A stretch of 64,000 nt of DNA from Thermodesulfobacteriota bacterium. Lineage in GTDB: Bacteria > Desulfobacterota_D > UBA1144 > Nemesobacterales > Nemesobacteraceae. The notes below the pieces were generated by a model. The model searched no databases, was not told the origin of the DNA, and saw only the letters and a list, made by a program, of their open reading frames with translations. The stretch is taken from assembly GCA_965202785.1 (NCBI GenBank), contig OZ241855.1, forward strand, positions 928,001-992,000. Direction: 5' to 3'. This document shows, in pieces, positions 9,277 through 18,817 of the stretch; the first letter of the stretch is position 1, and the number at the start of each line of letters is the position of its first letter. The translations under genes and the position numbers were made by a program.

Positions 9277-11076
9277 ATGGCGAAAGCAGAAGGCATAAGT
9301 TGGGATCTCTCGGATCTTTACGAAGGAATTTCCGACCCGCGCTTAGAGAAGGATTTCAAAAGGATATCGGCGCGTGCCGACAGATTTGAAAAAAAGTACA
9401 GAGGGAAGATAAAGTCTCCTTCGCTTACCGCGGGGAAGCTCGCGGGAGCCGTGAAAGAGATTGAGCGCTTATCGGAGGGAATCGGAAAGATGCTTTCTTT
9501 TGCTCATCTTATCTTCGCGGCCGACACGCGGGACCCCAAAAACGGCGCTTTTCGTTCATCAATGCAGCAGAAGGCGACGGAAGTTCAGAAAAAGCTTATT
9601 TTCTTTTACGTTGAATGGGTTTCGGTTCCGAAGAAAAGAGCGAAGAAACTTCTTAATAACCCGAAACTTTCAGAGTACAGGCATTTTCTCGAGCAGGAAA
9701 GACAGTACAGAGACCACACTCTTTCGGAAGCCGAGGAAAAAATACTTCAGGAGAAATCAAACACTGGGCAAAAGGCGTTTTCAAGGCTTTTTGACGAGGT
9801 CGTGAACAATATCCAGTTTCGTGTGAGACTCTCGGGCAAGACCGAAAGGCTCAACCAATCCCGGACCCTCTCGCTTCTTTACGACCCGGACAGAAAGAAA
9901 AGAAGGGCGGCCTGGTCCGGTCTCACAAGGGGGCTTAAAGAGAATTCCCATGTGCTTACCTACATATTCAACACGCTTGTAAACGACCACTCGATAAACG
10001 ACAGGCTTAGAAGCTACGAGGACCCCATGTCGGCGCGTCACCTAAGTAACGAGATATCCCACAGTGCCGTGGAAGCCCTGCTTGAATCGTGCGAGAGAAA
10101 CTTCGGATTCGTAAAGCGCTACTACGGACTCAAGGGAAAACTTCTCGGGTACAGAAGATTCTATGACTACGACCGCTACGCTCCCCTGGGTTCGGAGAGG
10201 GAGCAGGTCCCATGGGACAGGGCAGAAGAAATCGTGCTTTCTTCGTTCGGTGAATTCTCATCCAAGATGAAAAAGACCGCGTCTTTATTTTTCGAGAAAA
10301 ACTGGATAGATGCCGAGCTTCGGGATGGGAAAAGAGGGGGAGCTTTCAGCCACGGTACGGTTCCCGGCGTACATCCCTATGTTTTTATGAACTACACCGG
10401 AAAACCGAGAGACGTAATGATTCTGGCTCACGAGCTTGGCCACGGCGTGCACCAGTATCTTTCGAGACGACAGGGTTATTTCCAGGCCCACACGCCCCTT
10501 ACCACGGCCGAGACCGCAAGTGTTTTTGCGGAGATGCTAGTGTTTCACCGACTCAAGGAGGAAGAGACGCGAAGGGAAGGCAGGCTGGTTTTGGTAGCGG
10601 AGAAACTCGAGGATATAATGGCCACGGTCTTCAGACAGGCGGTGCTTACAAGGTTCGAGCAGAGCTTGCACCGCGAAAGAAGAGATCAGGGAGAGCTTAT
10701 GACCACAAGAATAAGTGAACTCTGGATCGAGGCTAACCGCGAGATGTTCGGAGATTCTGTCACCCTGACCGAAAACTACGCTTACTGGTGGCTTTACATT
10801 CCCCATTTTATACACTCTCCCTTTTACTGTTACGCATATTCCTTCGGCGAGCTGCTCACCCTAGCTCTTTACGGAATGTTCTTAGAGCGGGGAAGGTCTT
10901 TTGTGCCCGATTACATGGAGCTTCTTCGGTCCGGGGGAAGCGCCTCGCCCGCGGAACTTCTCTCTGGAGTGGGAGTGGATATAAACGACCCTGGTTTCTG
11001 GCAGACGGGGCTTGACGTGATAGGTGCGATGGTGGACGAGGTTGAAGAACTCGCGGAGCAGTCCGGACTCGGCTGA
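9277..11076 (+). CDS. pepF: Oligoendopeptidase F (M3B)
   Basis: WDLSDLY, GKRGGAF, AHELGHGVH (HExxH), AETASVFAE, IPHF..PFYCYAY. Confidence 0.93.
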   Translation: MAKAEGISWDLSDLYEGISDPRLEKDFKRISARADRFEKKYRGKIKSPSLTAGKLAGAVKEIERLSEGIGKMLSFAHLIFAADTRDPKNGAFRSSMQQKATEVQKKLIFFYVEWVSVPKKRAKKLLNNPKLSEYRHFLEQERQYRDHTLSEAEEKILQEKSNTGQKAFSRLFDEVVNNIQFRVRLSGKTERLNQSRTLSLLYDPDRKKRRAAWSGLTRGLKENSHVLTYIFNTLVNDHSINDRLRSYEDPMSARHLSNEISHSAVEALLESCERNFGFVKRYYGLKGKLLGYRRFYDYDRYAPLGSEREQVPWDRAEEIVLSSFGEFSSKMKKTASLFFEKNWIDAELRDGKRGGAFSHGTVPGVHPYVFMNYTGKPRDVMILAHELGHGVHQYLSRRQGYFQAHTPLTTAETASVFAEMLVFHRLKEEETRREGRLVLVAEKLEDIMATVFRQAVLTRFEQSLHRERRDQGELMTTRISELWIEANREMFGDSVTLTENYAYWWLYIPHFIHSPFYCYAYSFGELLTLALYGMFLERGRSFVPDYMELLRSGGSASPAELLSGVGVDINDPGFWQTGLDVIGAMVDEVEELAEQSGLG

Positions 11077-11082
11077 GGGTTT

Positions 11083-11925
11083 TTACTGGGAGAGGGAAGA
11101 AGTTTTCTCGTATTCGCTTACGATCTTGCTCACAACCGAGTAGTGAACCGAGACCGCATCGGCAACCTCTCTCAGCGTGTAGTCCCCCGTAAGATAGGTT
11201 TTTGCTATTGCTTCCTCTCTTGAGTGTCCGCTTCGCATGAAACCGTTTATCATGCCCGGTACGGGTTTTGTGAGCTGATACTTGGGAATATCCTTTGACT
11301 GCGAATCCCTCGTTTTTTCCTGCACAAGTTCTATGAATCCATCATCGCCGAGATATATCTGCTTTCGGGTTTCTGAAATCACGTCGCGCGAGTTGCTCTC
11401 TTCCAGAAACTCATCAAAAGCGCTTGTATCCGAAGAGAATCCTTCCGAGAACCACTCGAGGTCTATGTGCCCCGGCACTTCGTCTTTTCCGTAAAGATAC
11501 CTGCAACTGCTCCATTTGAACTGGTTGGGATGTTTTACGAACCCGGCTTGAAGAGGGAGAAGAAAAATATGGGCCATAAGCGGCAGAAGATATTTTTCCC
11601 TCTGGACAACTATGGATTTATATCTTCCCCGGAAAACATGGCCGTCTGTGTCGTGCAGCCTGTTTGAGCGCTGGGTGTAAACGCCGTTTAGCTGTCTTAT
11701 GGCTTTTGAGAGGTTAGGCTCCGGGGTCTCGATGACCAGATGGTACCCGTCGGACATGAGACAGTAACCAAAGCAACGGCATCCGAACCTTCCGCATACC
11801 CCCTCGAGGACTTCTATCCAGGCATTGCCGTCGGCTGAGTTCTGAAAGACGCTCTGTCCTCTGTTCCCGACTGAGGAGAGGTAATAGACGGCCCCTGCGT
11901 ATTCCGGTCTTAACGGCCTTGCCAT
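11083..11925 (-). CDS. HUH Y1 transposase (RAYT/IS200-like) homologue with C-terminal HTH; catalytic residues substituted
   Basis: MARPLR.., YCLM, NLSKAIRQLNGVYTQ, GHVFRGRYK and KWSS family motifs; NHYH appears as DGYH and YIxLNP as HIFLLP; C-terminal TLREVADAVSVHYSVVSKIV HTH. Confidence 0.8.
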   Translation of the reverse strand: MARPLRPEYAGAVYYLSSVGNRGQSVFQNSADGNAWIEVLEGVCGRFGCRCFGYCLMSDGYHLVIETPEPNLSKAIRQLNGVYTQRSNRLHDTDGHVFRGRYKSIVVQREKYLLPLMAHIFLLPLQAGFVKHPNQFKWSSCRYLYGKDEVPGHIDLEWFSEGFSSDTSAFDEFLEESNSRDVISETRKQIYLGDDGFIELVQEKTRDSQSKDIPKYQLTKPVPGMINGFMRSGHSREEAIAKTYLTGDYTLREVADAVSVHYSVVSKIVSEYEKTSSLSQ

Positions 11926-11932
11926 AAAGAAG

Positions 11933-11961
11933 ATTATAATGCGGAGGAAAAACTATGTCAA
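11933..11961 (-). promoter_or_regulatory. Perfect-consensus sigma70 promoter, probably leaderless
   Basis: On the minus strand: TTGACA (11961-56), 17 nt, TATAAT (11938-33), 7 nt, ATG (11925). Confidence 0.8.
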
Positions 11962-11989
11962 GACCTGACCCTTAAGACGCATTGTCTTT

Positions 11990-12958
11990 TCAAGGGGCAA
12001 GCGCTTTCATTGCAAAGGCTACCTGCTCCCTCGAAGCGTTGTAGGGAAACATGAGAATGGGAAGATCGGAGTTCTCAGCGAACTCCCCGAGCTTTGCTCT
12101 TCCCTCCTCCGGGGAACCGCTTATGGAAATAAGATCGAGCAGTTCGTCACTTATGCTTTTTATAGCTTCTGCTTTGTTTTCCCGCCAGAGCTTTTTCGCC
12201 CTGTCCGCTTCCTCCCCGAATCCGTAGCTGCTTACGAGTTTGTGGTAATAATCTCCCATGGAGCATACATAAAGGGCCACGAATTCCCTTACGATTTCTC
12301 TTGACTCGCTTCGGTTCTCGGAAACCATCGCCGGAAGAAACGGGGCCACGGTTATTTCTCTTCCGCCGGAAGCGAGCACCTCTTTTCTTTCGTTTATAAG
12401 GCTCACGGGGCAGAGATACGGAATCCAGCCGTCAGCGACCCGGGAGGTAAGCTCGATGTTTTTCGGTCCCATGGATGCAATGTATATGGGGACCTCGCTT
12501 CTTCGGGGCTTAAAAAGAAGCCTGAAGCCCTTAAGCCTGAAAATCTCCCCTTCATAGTCAACCCTCTTTCCCGCGAGTATCGTCCTTATTATCTCGACGC
12601 ACTCAAGCGTCCGTCTCAGGGGACGCTCGAATTTCACGCCGTGCCAGTATTCGTTTAGGTAAACGCTGCTTATCCCGAGTCCGAGGATGAATCTCCCCCC
12701 GCAATACTCATCCACAGTGGCCGCCGTCTGGGCTATGAGTGCCGGAGACCTGCTGTAAACGGAGATGATGCCGGTGGCCAGATTTATCTTTTCTGTGACC
12801 GATGCCATGTGGGATATAAGGGAAAATGCGTCCCGGCCCCACATCTCGGGAACCCAGATCGAGTGGTATCCTAGGTCCTCGGCCAGTTTCGAAAAATAGA
12901 TAAGATCATCTTTTTTTACGTCCGCCCAGTAAGGCACGACTATTCCTGTCGAAGACAA
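11990..12958 (-). CDS. LLM-class flavin/F420-dependent oxidoreductase
   Basis: AEDLGYHSIWVPE, LATGII..YSRSPALIAQTAATVD..GGRFILGLG, PIYIASMGPK, ADGWIP. Confidence 0.88.
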   Translation of the reverse strand: MSSTGIVVPYWADVKKDDLIYFSKLAEDLGYHSIWVPEMWGRDAFSLISHMASVTEKINLATGIISVYSRSPALIAQTAATVDEYCGGRFILGLGISSVYLNEYWHGVKFERPLRRTLECVEIIRTILAGKRVDYEGEIFRLKGFRLLFKPRRSEVPIYIASMGPKNIELTSRVADGWIPYLCPVSLINERKEVLASGGREITVAPFLPAMVSENRSESREIVREFVALYVCSMGDYYHKLVSSYGFGEEADRAKKLWRENKAEAIKSISDELLDLISISGSPEEGRAKLGEFAENSDLPILMFPYNASREQVAFAMKALAP

Positions 12959-13166
12959 TTGCCTCCTCCTTCCGCATGGGTTTGCTCGGGTTCATTTTAC
13001 TTGAGTTTTAAGACTGTGAGAAGGCACAGACCCTGTTTTCAACCCAAGGGTCCTGCCCCCTCCGATGTGTCTTTAACGTTCACCTGATTGTTGGTTAAAC
13101 TTTTACGGAACTATCTACTGACCTGTCTTCAAAGAAAGACAATCCTTTACTACGGGAGTTAGCACA

Positions 13167-14381
13167 ATGCGCAAGTTACCCCAAAGAATGCAGGCTAGGC
13201 TTTACAAGGAGCACCTTTTCCCAGAGGAAACAAGGGAAATCAGGCAGAAGGTGAGAGCTTTTGCGGAAAAAGAGGTTTTTCCACTGGCCCGGGATATAGG
13301 AGAGAAAAAAGAGAGAAACAGGAACTTTCCCCGCAGGCTTTTCAGGAAAATGGCCGCGGAGGGGTTTTTCCGGATTCCGTTTTCAAAAAAGGACGGGGGA
13401 CTGGGTCTTTCCTACCCCGCGTGCGCAGCGGCGGTCATGGCAGAGGAGCTCGCCTACATAAGCGCGAGCGTTGCGGGAACGATAAACGCCCACTTCCTGC
13501 TCTCCGGAAAAACCTTGGCTATGGGGTCACCCTATATAAAGGAAAAATATCTCGCTGCGGCTCTTGATGGAACCTCGGTGGCGTCATTTGCGATGACGGA
13601 GCCCCAGTCGGGTTCTGACGTAAGGACCGAGTCTCTTGTAACGAAAGCCCGCAGGAAGGGCAAAAAATACATTATAAACGGCCGCAAGCGCTACATAACC
13701 AACGCCGGGGTGGCTGATTTCGTGACTCTGCTAGCTTCAGCGGGGGACAAGTCCATAATGATAGTGGTCGACCTTGATTCGCCGGGCTGTTCCGTAAGCG
13801 CCCCGGATAAAAAACTCGGGAACAGAGGAGAACTTACCTACGACATATATCTTGAAGACGTGGAGGTGCCTCGGGAAAACCTGATAGGGAAGGAAGGAGA
13901 TGGCCTTCGGGTCGCCGTTAATTCCCTTCTTTACGGGAGGACGGGAATCGGGGCGAGCGGGGTCGGGATGGCGCAGTCGGCATTCGATGAATGCGTGGAA
14001 TTCATGAACGAGAGGGAGGCTTTCGGAAAAAAGATAGCCGATTTTCAGTACTGGCAGTTTTTGCTAGCGCAGAGGGCTGTTGAGATAGAAAACGCTAGGA
14101 ACCTTTATCTCAAGGCTGCGCTCTGTCTTGACAATGGGGATCCTTTCCCGACTTTCGAGACTTCCGCTGCTAAGTACTACGGCTCGGAGATAAGCGTTAC
14201 CATGGCCCGCGACGCCGTTCAGATATTCGGAGGTCTCGGTCTTATGGTGGAACTTGCCCACGATTCTTCCACCTACAAGGTTGAGGAGATTTACAGGGAT
14301 TCCAAGGTCGGGGAGATATACGAAGGCACAAACGAGATACACAAGATGATAATAGCGAGATCGATTTTCGGAAAGAGGTAG
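13167..14381 (+). CDS. Acyl-CoA dehydrogenase
   Basis: FAMTEPQSGSD, INGRKRYITN, REAFGKKI, QIFGG, IYEGTNEIHK. Confidence 0.93.
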   Translation: MRKLPQRMQARLYKEHLFPEETREIRQKVRAFAEKEVFPLARDIGEKKERNRNFPRRLFRKMAAEGFFRIPFSKKDGGLGLSYPACAAAVMAEELAYISASVAGTINAHFLLSGKTLAMGSPYIKEKYLAAALDGTSVASFAMTEPQSGSDVRTESLVTKARRKGKKYIINGRKRYITNAGVADFVTLLASAGDKSIMIVVDLDSPGCSVSAPDKKLGNRGELTYDIYLEDVEVPRENLIGKEGDGLRVAVNSLLYGRTGIGASGVGMAQSAFDECVEFMNEREAFGKKIADFQYWQFLLAQRAVEIENARNLYLKAALCLDNGDPFPTFETSAAKYYGSEISVTMARDAVQIFGGLGLMVELAHDSSTYKVEEIYRDSKVGEIYEGTNEIHKMIIARSIFGKR

Positions 14382-14388
14382 TTTTGCT

Positions 14389-15018
14389 TTGCAGTCAATA
14401 AATGAGAAAACCCACGGTAATGAAGTCTTGAAAAGCTTCCCTAATCACTTATGGCGGGATGTTGTGGTTAACACAAAAGAGGTCTCCTCCGGGAAAAAGA
14501 GAGAAGCTAGGTCCGGGATGCGCCTTATTTACGGAATTCACGGCACCCCGTTTGGAAAATGTCTTATCGGGATCTGCGAAGAAGGTATATGTCATATGAG
14601 TTTTTTCCGCACCGATGCCGAAACCCACTTGGAAGAATTCAGGAAGGTATGGCGGAACCCGAAGAACCAAAGGGATGACAAAAAGACGGCTGAAGTATTG
14701 CGGAACTTGTTGTTTTCCCCGGGAAGACAGCCGCCGGCGGTACTGCTCCTTGGAACACGGTTTCAGCTCAAGGTATGGGAAAAGCTGATGGAGGTCCGGG
14801 AGGGTGAGACCTTGTCCTATTCAGAACTTGCGGAGTCCGCAGGAGTACCTACTGCCGTAAGGGCCGTATCAAACGCCGTGGCGGGAAATCCGGTTGCTTA
14901 TTTGGTGCCTTGCCACCGTATTATAGGAAAGGCGGGGGATCTTCACGGCTACCGCTGGGGGCTTGACGTGAAAAGGGCGATTCTTGAATACGAAGGGGTT
15001 AACCTGGTTTCGCAGTGA
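14389..15018 (+). CDS. ogt: Methylated-DNA-[protein]-cysteine S-methyltransferase
   Basis: GTRFQLKVW, RAVSNAV..NPVAYLVPCHRII, GYRWG. Confidence 0.9.
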   Translation: MQSINEKTHGNEVLKSFPNHLWRDVVVNTKEVSSGKKREARSGMRLIYGIHGTPFGKCLIGICEEGICHMSFFRTDAETHLEEFRKVWRNPKNQRDDKKTAEVLRNLLFSPGRQPPAVLLLGTRFQLKVWEKLMEVREGETLSYSELAESAGVPTAVRAVSNAVAGNPVAYLVPCHRIIGKAGDLHGYRWGLDVKRAILEYEGVNLVSQ

Positions 15019-15042
15019 CGAACTCGGTATAAGTTTGCGCGG

Positions 15043-16098
15043 TCAGCTGAGAGGCTCTTCCTTTGTCATGCAGTGTATAGCTCCAAATCCCCACACAAGG
15101 TCGACGCAGTCAATTCCCACTACATCTCTTGCGGGAAAAAGCTCTGACAGTATACCTAGCGCCTCGCGGTCTTTCGAATCGTTATAGATGGGGACGAGAA
15201 CTTTTTCGTTTGAGATGTAAAAATTGGCGTAAGTTGCCGGAAGTCTCTCGCCGTCGAAAAAAAGCGGTGAGGGCATTGGGATGGGGACGATTTCAATTTT
15301 TCCTCCGTCGTTAAGTCTTAGGTCCTGGAGTATCTCAAGGTTTTCGCGAAGCGAGCGGTAATTTGGGTCTTCAGTACTGTTCTCAAGGCATAAGGCAACC
15401 GTGCTGGGATCCGTAAACCTGCATATATCGTCAACATGGCCGTTTGTATCATCTCCCTCTATGCCTCCGTTAAGCCAGAGAATGTTCGTTGCGCCGAAAT
15501 ACTTGGAGAACGCCGCTTCGTAGTCGTTTTTCTCGAAAGAAGGATTCCTTACCTGTTTATCCGTGCTTAGAAGACACTGCTTAGTCGTTATTAGGAAACC
15601 CTCTCCGTTTACTTCAATGCTTCCGCCCTCAAGAATGATTTTCTTTCCAAGATGCGTAGGGGTTTCCGAGTCGACACAAAGCGTCTCGGCCACAAATCCC
15701 GGAACCATGTTGTCGTTTTCCCAGTCTGTGTACCTAGCCCATCCGTTAAACCCGAAATCAAGGACGCTCAGTCTTCTGGAATCATCTTTTACAAAAAATG
15801 GACCGGAATCCCGTATCCAGGACCTGTCTGTGGGGCACTCGTAGAACTCCAAGTTGGCAAGATCAGTTGATTTTTTTCTCAGAAAACCCTCGGCCCGCTT
15901 TTGTGTTTCTCCAGGGCCAACTATTATTTTCACCTTCTCTGATTCTGATAAGTGGCTTACGATTTCGCGGTAAACCCTCTTGATACCCGAGAATTTCCCC
16001 GGCCAGTCGCTTACGTTCTGTGGCCACACAAGCCACGTCGCGCTATGAGGTTCCCACTCAGCCGGAAGTCTGTAGCGAACCGCCGGAGAATCACTCAA
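15043..16098 (-). CDS. aguA: Agmatine deiminase (PAD/porphyromonas family)
   Basis: PAEWEPH, WIRDSGP, LEGGSI, DDTNGHVDD, GAIHCMT. Confidence 0.93.
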   Translation of the reverse strand: MSDSPAVRYRLPAEWEPHSATWLVWPQNVSDWPGKFSGIKRVYREIVSHLSESEKVKIIVGPGETQKRAEGFLRKKSTDLANLEFYECPTDRSWIRDSGPFFVKDDSRRLSVLDFGFNGWARYTDWENDNMVPGFVAETLCVDSETPTHLGKKIILEGGSIEVNGEGFLITTKQCLLSTDKQVRNPSFEKNDYEAAFSKYFGATNILWLNGGIEGDDTNGHVDDICRFTDPSTVALCLENSTEDPNYRSLRENLEILQDLRLNDGGKIEIVPIPMPSPLFFDGERLPATYANFYISNEKVLVPIYNDSKDREALGILSELFPARDVVGIDCVDLVWGFGAIHCMTKEEPLS

Positions 16099-16100
16099 TT

Positions 16101-16997
16101 TCAGGTACCGGAATCATTGTCGATAAACCTTTGCCGAAGCTCGGAGTAGGCGTCAATTCTTCGGTCTCGAAGAAAGGGCCAGTTTCTTCTTGTTTCCTCA
16201 AGCTTACGAAGATCGATGTCGGCCAGTATGATTTCCTCTCTATTACCAGAAGCCTCGCAAATCACCGCTCCTTGGGGGTCGCAAACAAAGGAATTTCCCC
16301 AGAAATCTATTCCTCCGCCGTTTTCTCCCGATTCTTCGAAGCCCACCCTGTTTACGGCCGCGACATAGATTCCGTTTGAGATTGCGTGGGCGCGCTGAAC
16401 GGTTTTCCATGCTTCAAGCTGAGTATTTTTCGAGCGTTCATCCTCGTTCGTGTGCCACCCTATGGCGGTCGGATAGAAGATAAGGTCTGCTCCCTTGAGC
16501 GAGGCTACACGTGCCGCTTCGGGATACCACTGGTCCCAGCAGATAAGTGTGCCTATCTTCGCAAAGCCGGTTTCAAAGCAGGAAAACCCCGTGTCTCCAG
16601 GAGCAAAATAGAACTTCTCGAAATAGCCGGGGTCATCCGGTATATGCATTTTTCTGTAAATGCCGGAAACCTCTCCCGCAGGGTCAATAAGGACAAGGGA
16701 GTTGTGATACACTCCGGAGGCTCTTTTTTCAAAGAGCGGACACACGATGAAAACCCCTCTTTTTTCCGCTTCCCCGCAGAATCTGTCCGTTGTGGGTCCG
16801 GGTATGGGTTCGGCGAGATCGAAACAGGCTGTATCCTCGGACTGGCAGAAGTACCTAGTGAGAAAGAGCTCAGGAAGACAGACTATGTTCGCTCCGAGCG
16901 CAGAAGCTTTTTCTACATTTAATATGGCTTCCTCTAGATTCTCCTCTCTGTTTTTGCGCACTCGGCTCTGAACGAGGGCGATTTTGAAGCTGCTCAT
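16101..16997 (-). CDS. aguB: N-carbamoylputrescine amidase (nitrilase superfamily)
   Basis: LPELF, YRKMHIPDDPGYFEKFYF, ICWDQWYPE (E-K-C triad); adjacent to aguA. Confidence 0.88.
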   Translation of the reverse strand: MSSFKIALVQSRVRKNREENLEEAILNVEKASALGANIVCLPELFLTRYFCQSEDTACFDLAEPIPGPTTDRFCGEAEKRGVFIVCPLFEKRASGVYHNSLVLIDPAGEVSGIYRKMHIPDDPGYFEKFYFAPGDTGFSCFETGFAKIGTLICWDQWYPEAARVASLKGADLIFYPTAIGWHTNEDERSKNTQLEAWKTVQRAHAISNGIYVAAVNRVGFEESGENGGGIDFWGNSFVCDPQGAVICEASGNREEIILADIDLRKLEETRRNWPFLRDRRIDAYSELRQRFIDNDSGT

Positions 16998-17050
16998 GCG
17001 AATACGATAACTCCGAAAGGGGGAGAATAAAAGAAGATGAGATGGCTTCT

Positions 17051-17297
17051 AAATGCGACTTTTCGATTAGGTAAACCAGAGTTTGTAACTGTTTTATTCG
17101 GGAAGCGGTGTTTTTTAATTGTTTTTCTAGTTTTATAATCATTTTTTTAGAAATACCAGAGAAATTAAAAGGTTTATTGGAATTTTTGAATTTGTAATCA
17201 TTTTATTGGAAATAGGCAAATTTATAATTATTTATTTTGCAAAAGCCAATTTTTTAATTATATTATGAGGAAAATAACGATTTTATTGGATTAGTTC
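17051..17297 (+). repeat. AT-rich array of about 8 degenerate repeats (TTTRTAATYRTTTTATT core) at mostly 30-bp spacing
   Basis: Cores at 17082, 17112, 17132, (17162), 17191, 17221, 17251, 17271, e.g. tttgtaactgttttatt, tttataatcattttttt, tttgtaatcattttatt. Confidence 0.6.
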
Positions 17298-18809
17298 ATG
17301 AAAACAAACGTTTCAAAAATACGCCCCGCAGGCTACGCTTGGCTCCTGAGCAGATTCGGATTGACCGCAATGCCTAACCCGCACAGTTCTTTTGTTGTGG
17401 CAACAGGTGGTCGGCAACAGAAAGTGCGGGATGATAGGATTGAAGATATTTATTCTCTTCAATACTGGCCCGGTGAAAAAATAGGGGACCATCTGGAATT
17501 TGCCTTGAAATATGACGGCGTAAGCCTGAGTTCTTTAAAGGTTATTTTCGATGCTGTCGCGGAAGATGAACTCGTCGATTACATCAAATCCAAGCCAACG
17601 GGGAAGTATGCTCGCCGCATCTGGTTTTTTTACGAGTTTTTAACTGGCCGCAGGCTCCCCATTGAAGATTTGTCCGGGGGGAATTATCTGGAAGCACTTG
17701 AACCGGACACCTATTACACCCTCCCTCAAGGTGAAAAATCTCAAAGACACCGCGTCATCAATAATTTGCTTGGAACAAGGGAGTTTTGTCCTATTGTCAG
17801 GAAAACGGAGAAGCTTGGAGAAATGGATCAGACCGATTTTCGAGAGAGATGCGAGAAGATAGTCGAATCATACCCTCCGCAACTACTTAGAAGGGCGTTA
17901 AGTTATCTTTACAGCAAAGAAACCAAATCTTCTTTTGAAATAGAAAACATTAAACCCGACGCATCACGGACTGAAAAATTCATAGCGTCTTTGGAGATGG
18001 CACGGCGGCAGGATTTCTGCGACAAGGAGTCGTTAATCGCCCTGCAGAATCGAATTGTCGATCCACGTTTCATGAACGAAGATTATCGAACGGTTCAGAA
18101 CTATGTAGGCCAGACGATTTCCTATCAAAAAGAGTTAATTCATTATGTATGTCCCAAGCCGGAAGATCTTCCTGACCTGATGCGGGGGCTTCTGACTTCT
18201 CACCGGTTTATGATGACCGGCGGTGTCTCAGCTATTGTTCACGCTGCTGTAGTAGCCTACGGCTTTGTTTTTATTCATCCGTTTGAAGACGGCAACGGCC
18301 GAATCCACCGGTTTCTGATCCACAATATTTTCTCCCTTCAAGGAATGGTTCCGGAAGGTCTGATGTTTCCCGTATCTGCGGTAATGCTTAACAATCCAGA
18401 AGACTACAATGATTCTTTAGAGGTGTTTTCACTTCCCTTAAACCGACTTGTGGAATACAGTCTGGATGAGCTTGCCCGGATGACTGTCCACAACGATACT
18501 GCTGACTGGTATCGTTACATTGATATGACTGTACAAGCGGAAGCCTTATATGATTTTGTCATTCAGACCGTTGAGAGCGAACTTGTAGAGGAGTTGAGTT
18601 TCCTTGCAAACTACGACAGTACTAAAAAAGCGATTCAGGATATTATCGATATGCCCGACCGCCTGATAGATTTGTTTATCCGTATTTGCCTTGAAAACAA
18701 CGGCAGACTGTCTGCGAACAAAAGAAAATCACATTTTGATTTCTTGAATGATGACGAACTTTTTTCAATGGAAACCATTATTAGGGAAAACTATGAGCGA
18801 TTATCCTGA
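17298..18809 (+). CDS. Fic-domain protein (long, about 500 aa type)
   Basis: Canonical Fic motif HPFEDGNGRIHR; ETKSSFEIE resembles the inhibitory (S/T)xxxE motif. Confidence 0.92.
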   Translation: MKTNVSKIRPAGYAWLLSRFGLTAMPNPHSSFVVATGGRQQKVRDDRIEDIYSLQYWPGEKIGDHLEFALKYDGVSLSSLKVIFDAVAEDELVDYIKSKPTGKYARRIWFFYEFLTGRRLPIEDLSGGNYLEALEPDTYYTLPQGEKSQRHRVINNLLGTREFCPIVRKTEKLGEMDQTDFRERCEKIVESYPPQLLRRALSYLYSKETKSSFEIENIKPDASRTEKFIASLEMARRQDFCDKESLIALQNRIVDPRFMNEDYRTVQNYVGQTISYQKELIHYVCPKPEDLPDLMRGLLTSHRFMMTGGVSAIVHAAVVAYGFVFIHPFEDGNGRIHRFLIHNIFSLQGMVPEGLMFPVSAVMLNNPEDYNDSLEVFSLPLNRLVEYSLDELARMTVHNDTADWYRYIDMTVQAEALYDFVIQTVESELVEELSFLANYDSTKKAIQDIIDMPDRLIDLFIRICLENNGRLSANKRKSHFDFLNDDELFSMETIIRENYERLS

Positions 18810-18817
18810 TCAGGTGC

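Noticed and set aside
11083-11972. Active insertion sequence or REP array
   Set aside because: Catalytic residues are substituted, and no second end or repeated REP hairpins were found
13020-13145. Short inverted repeats between the LLM and acyl-CoA dehydrogenase genes (GACCCT..AGGGTC; TGTCTT..AAGACA)
   Set aside because: Arms of 6 bp occur by chance, and there are no further copies or adjacent regulator to support them
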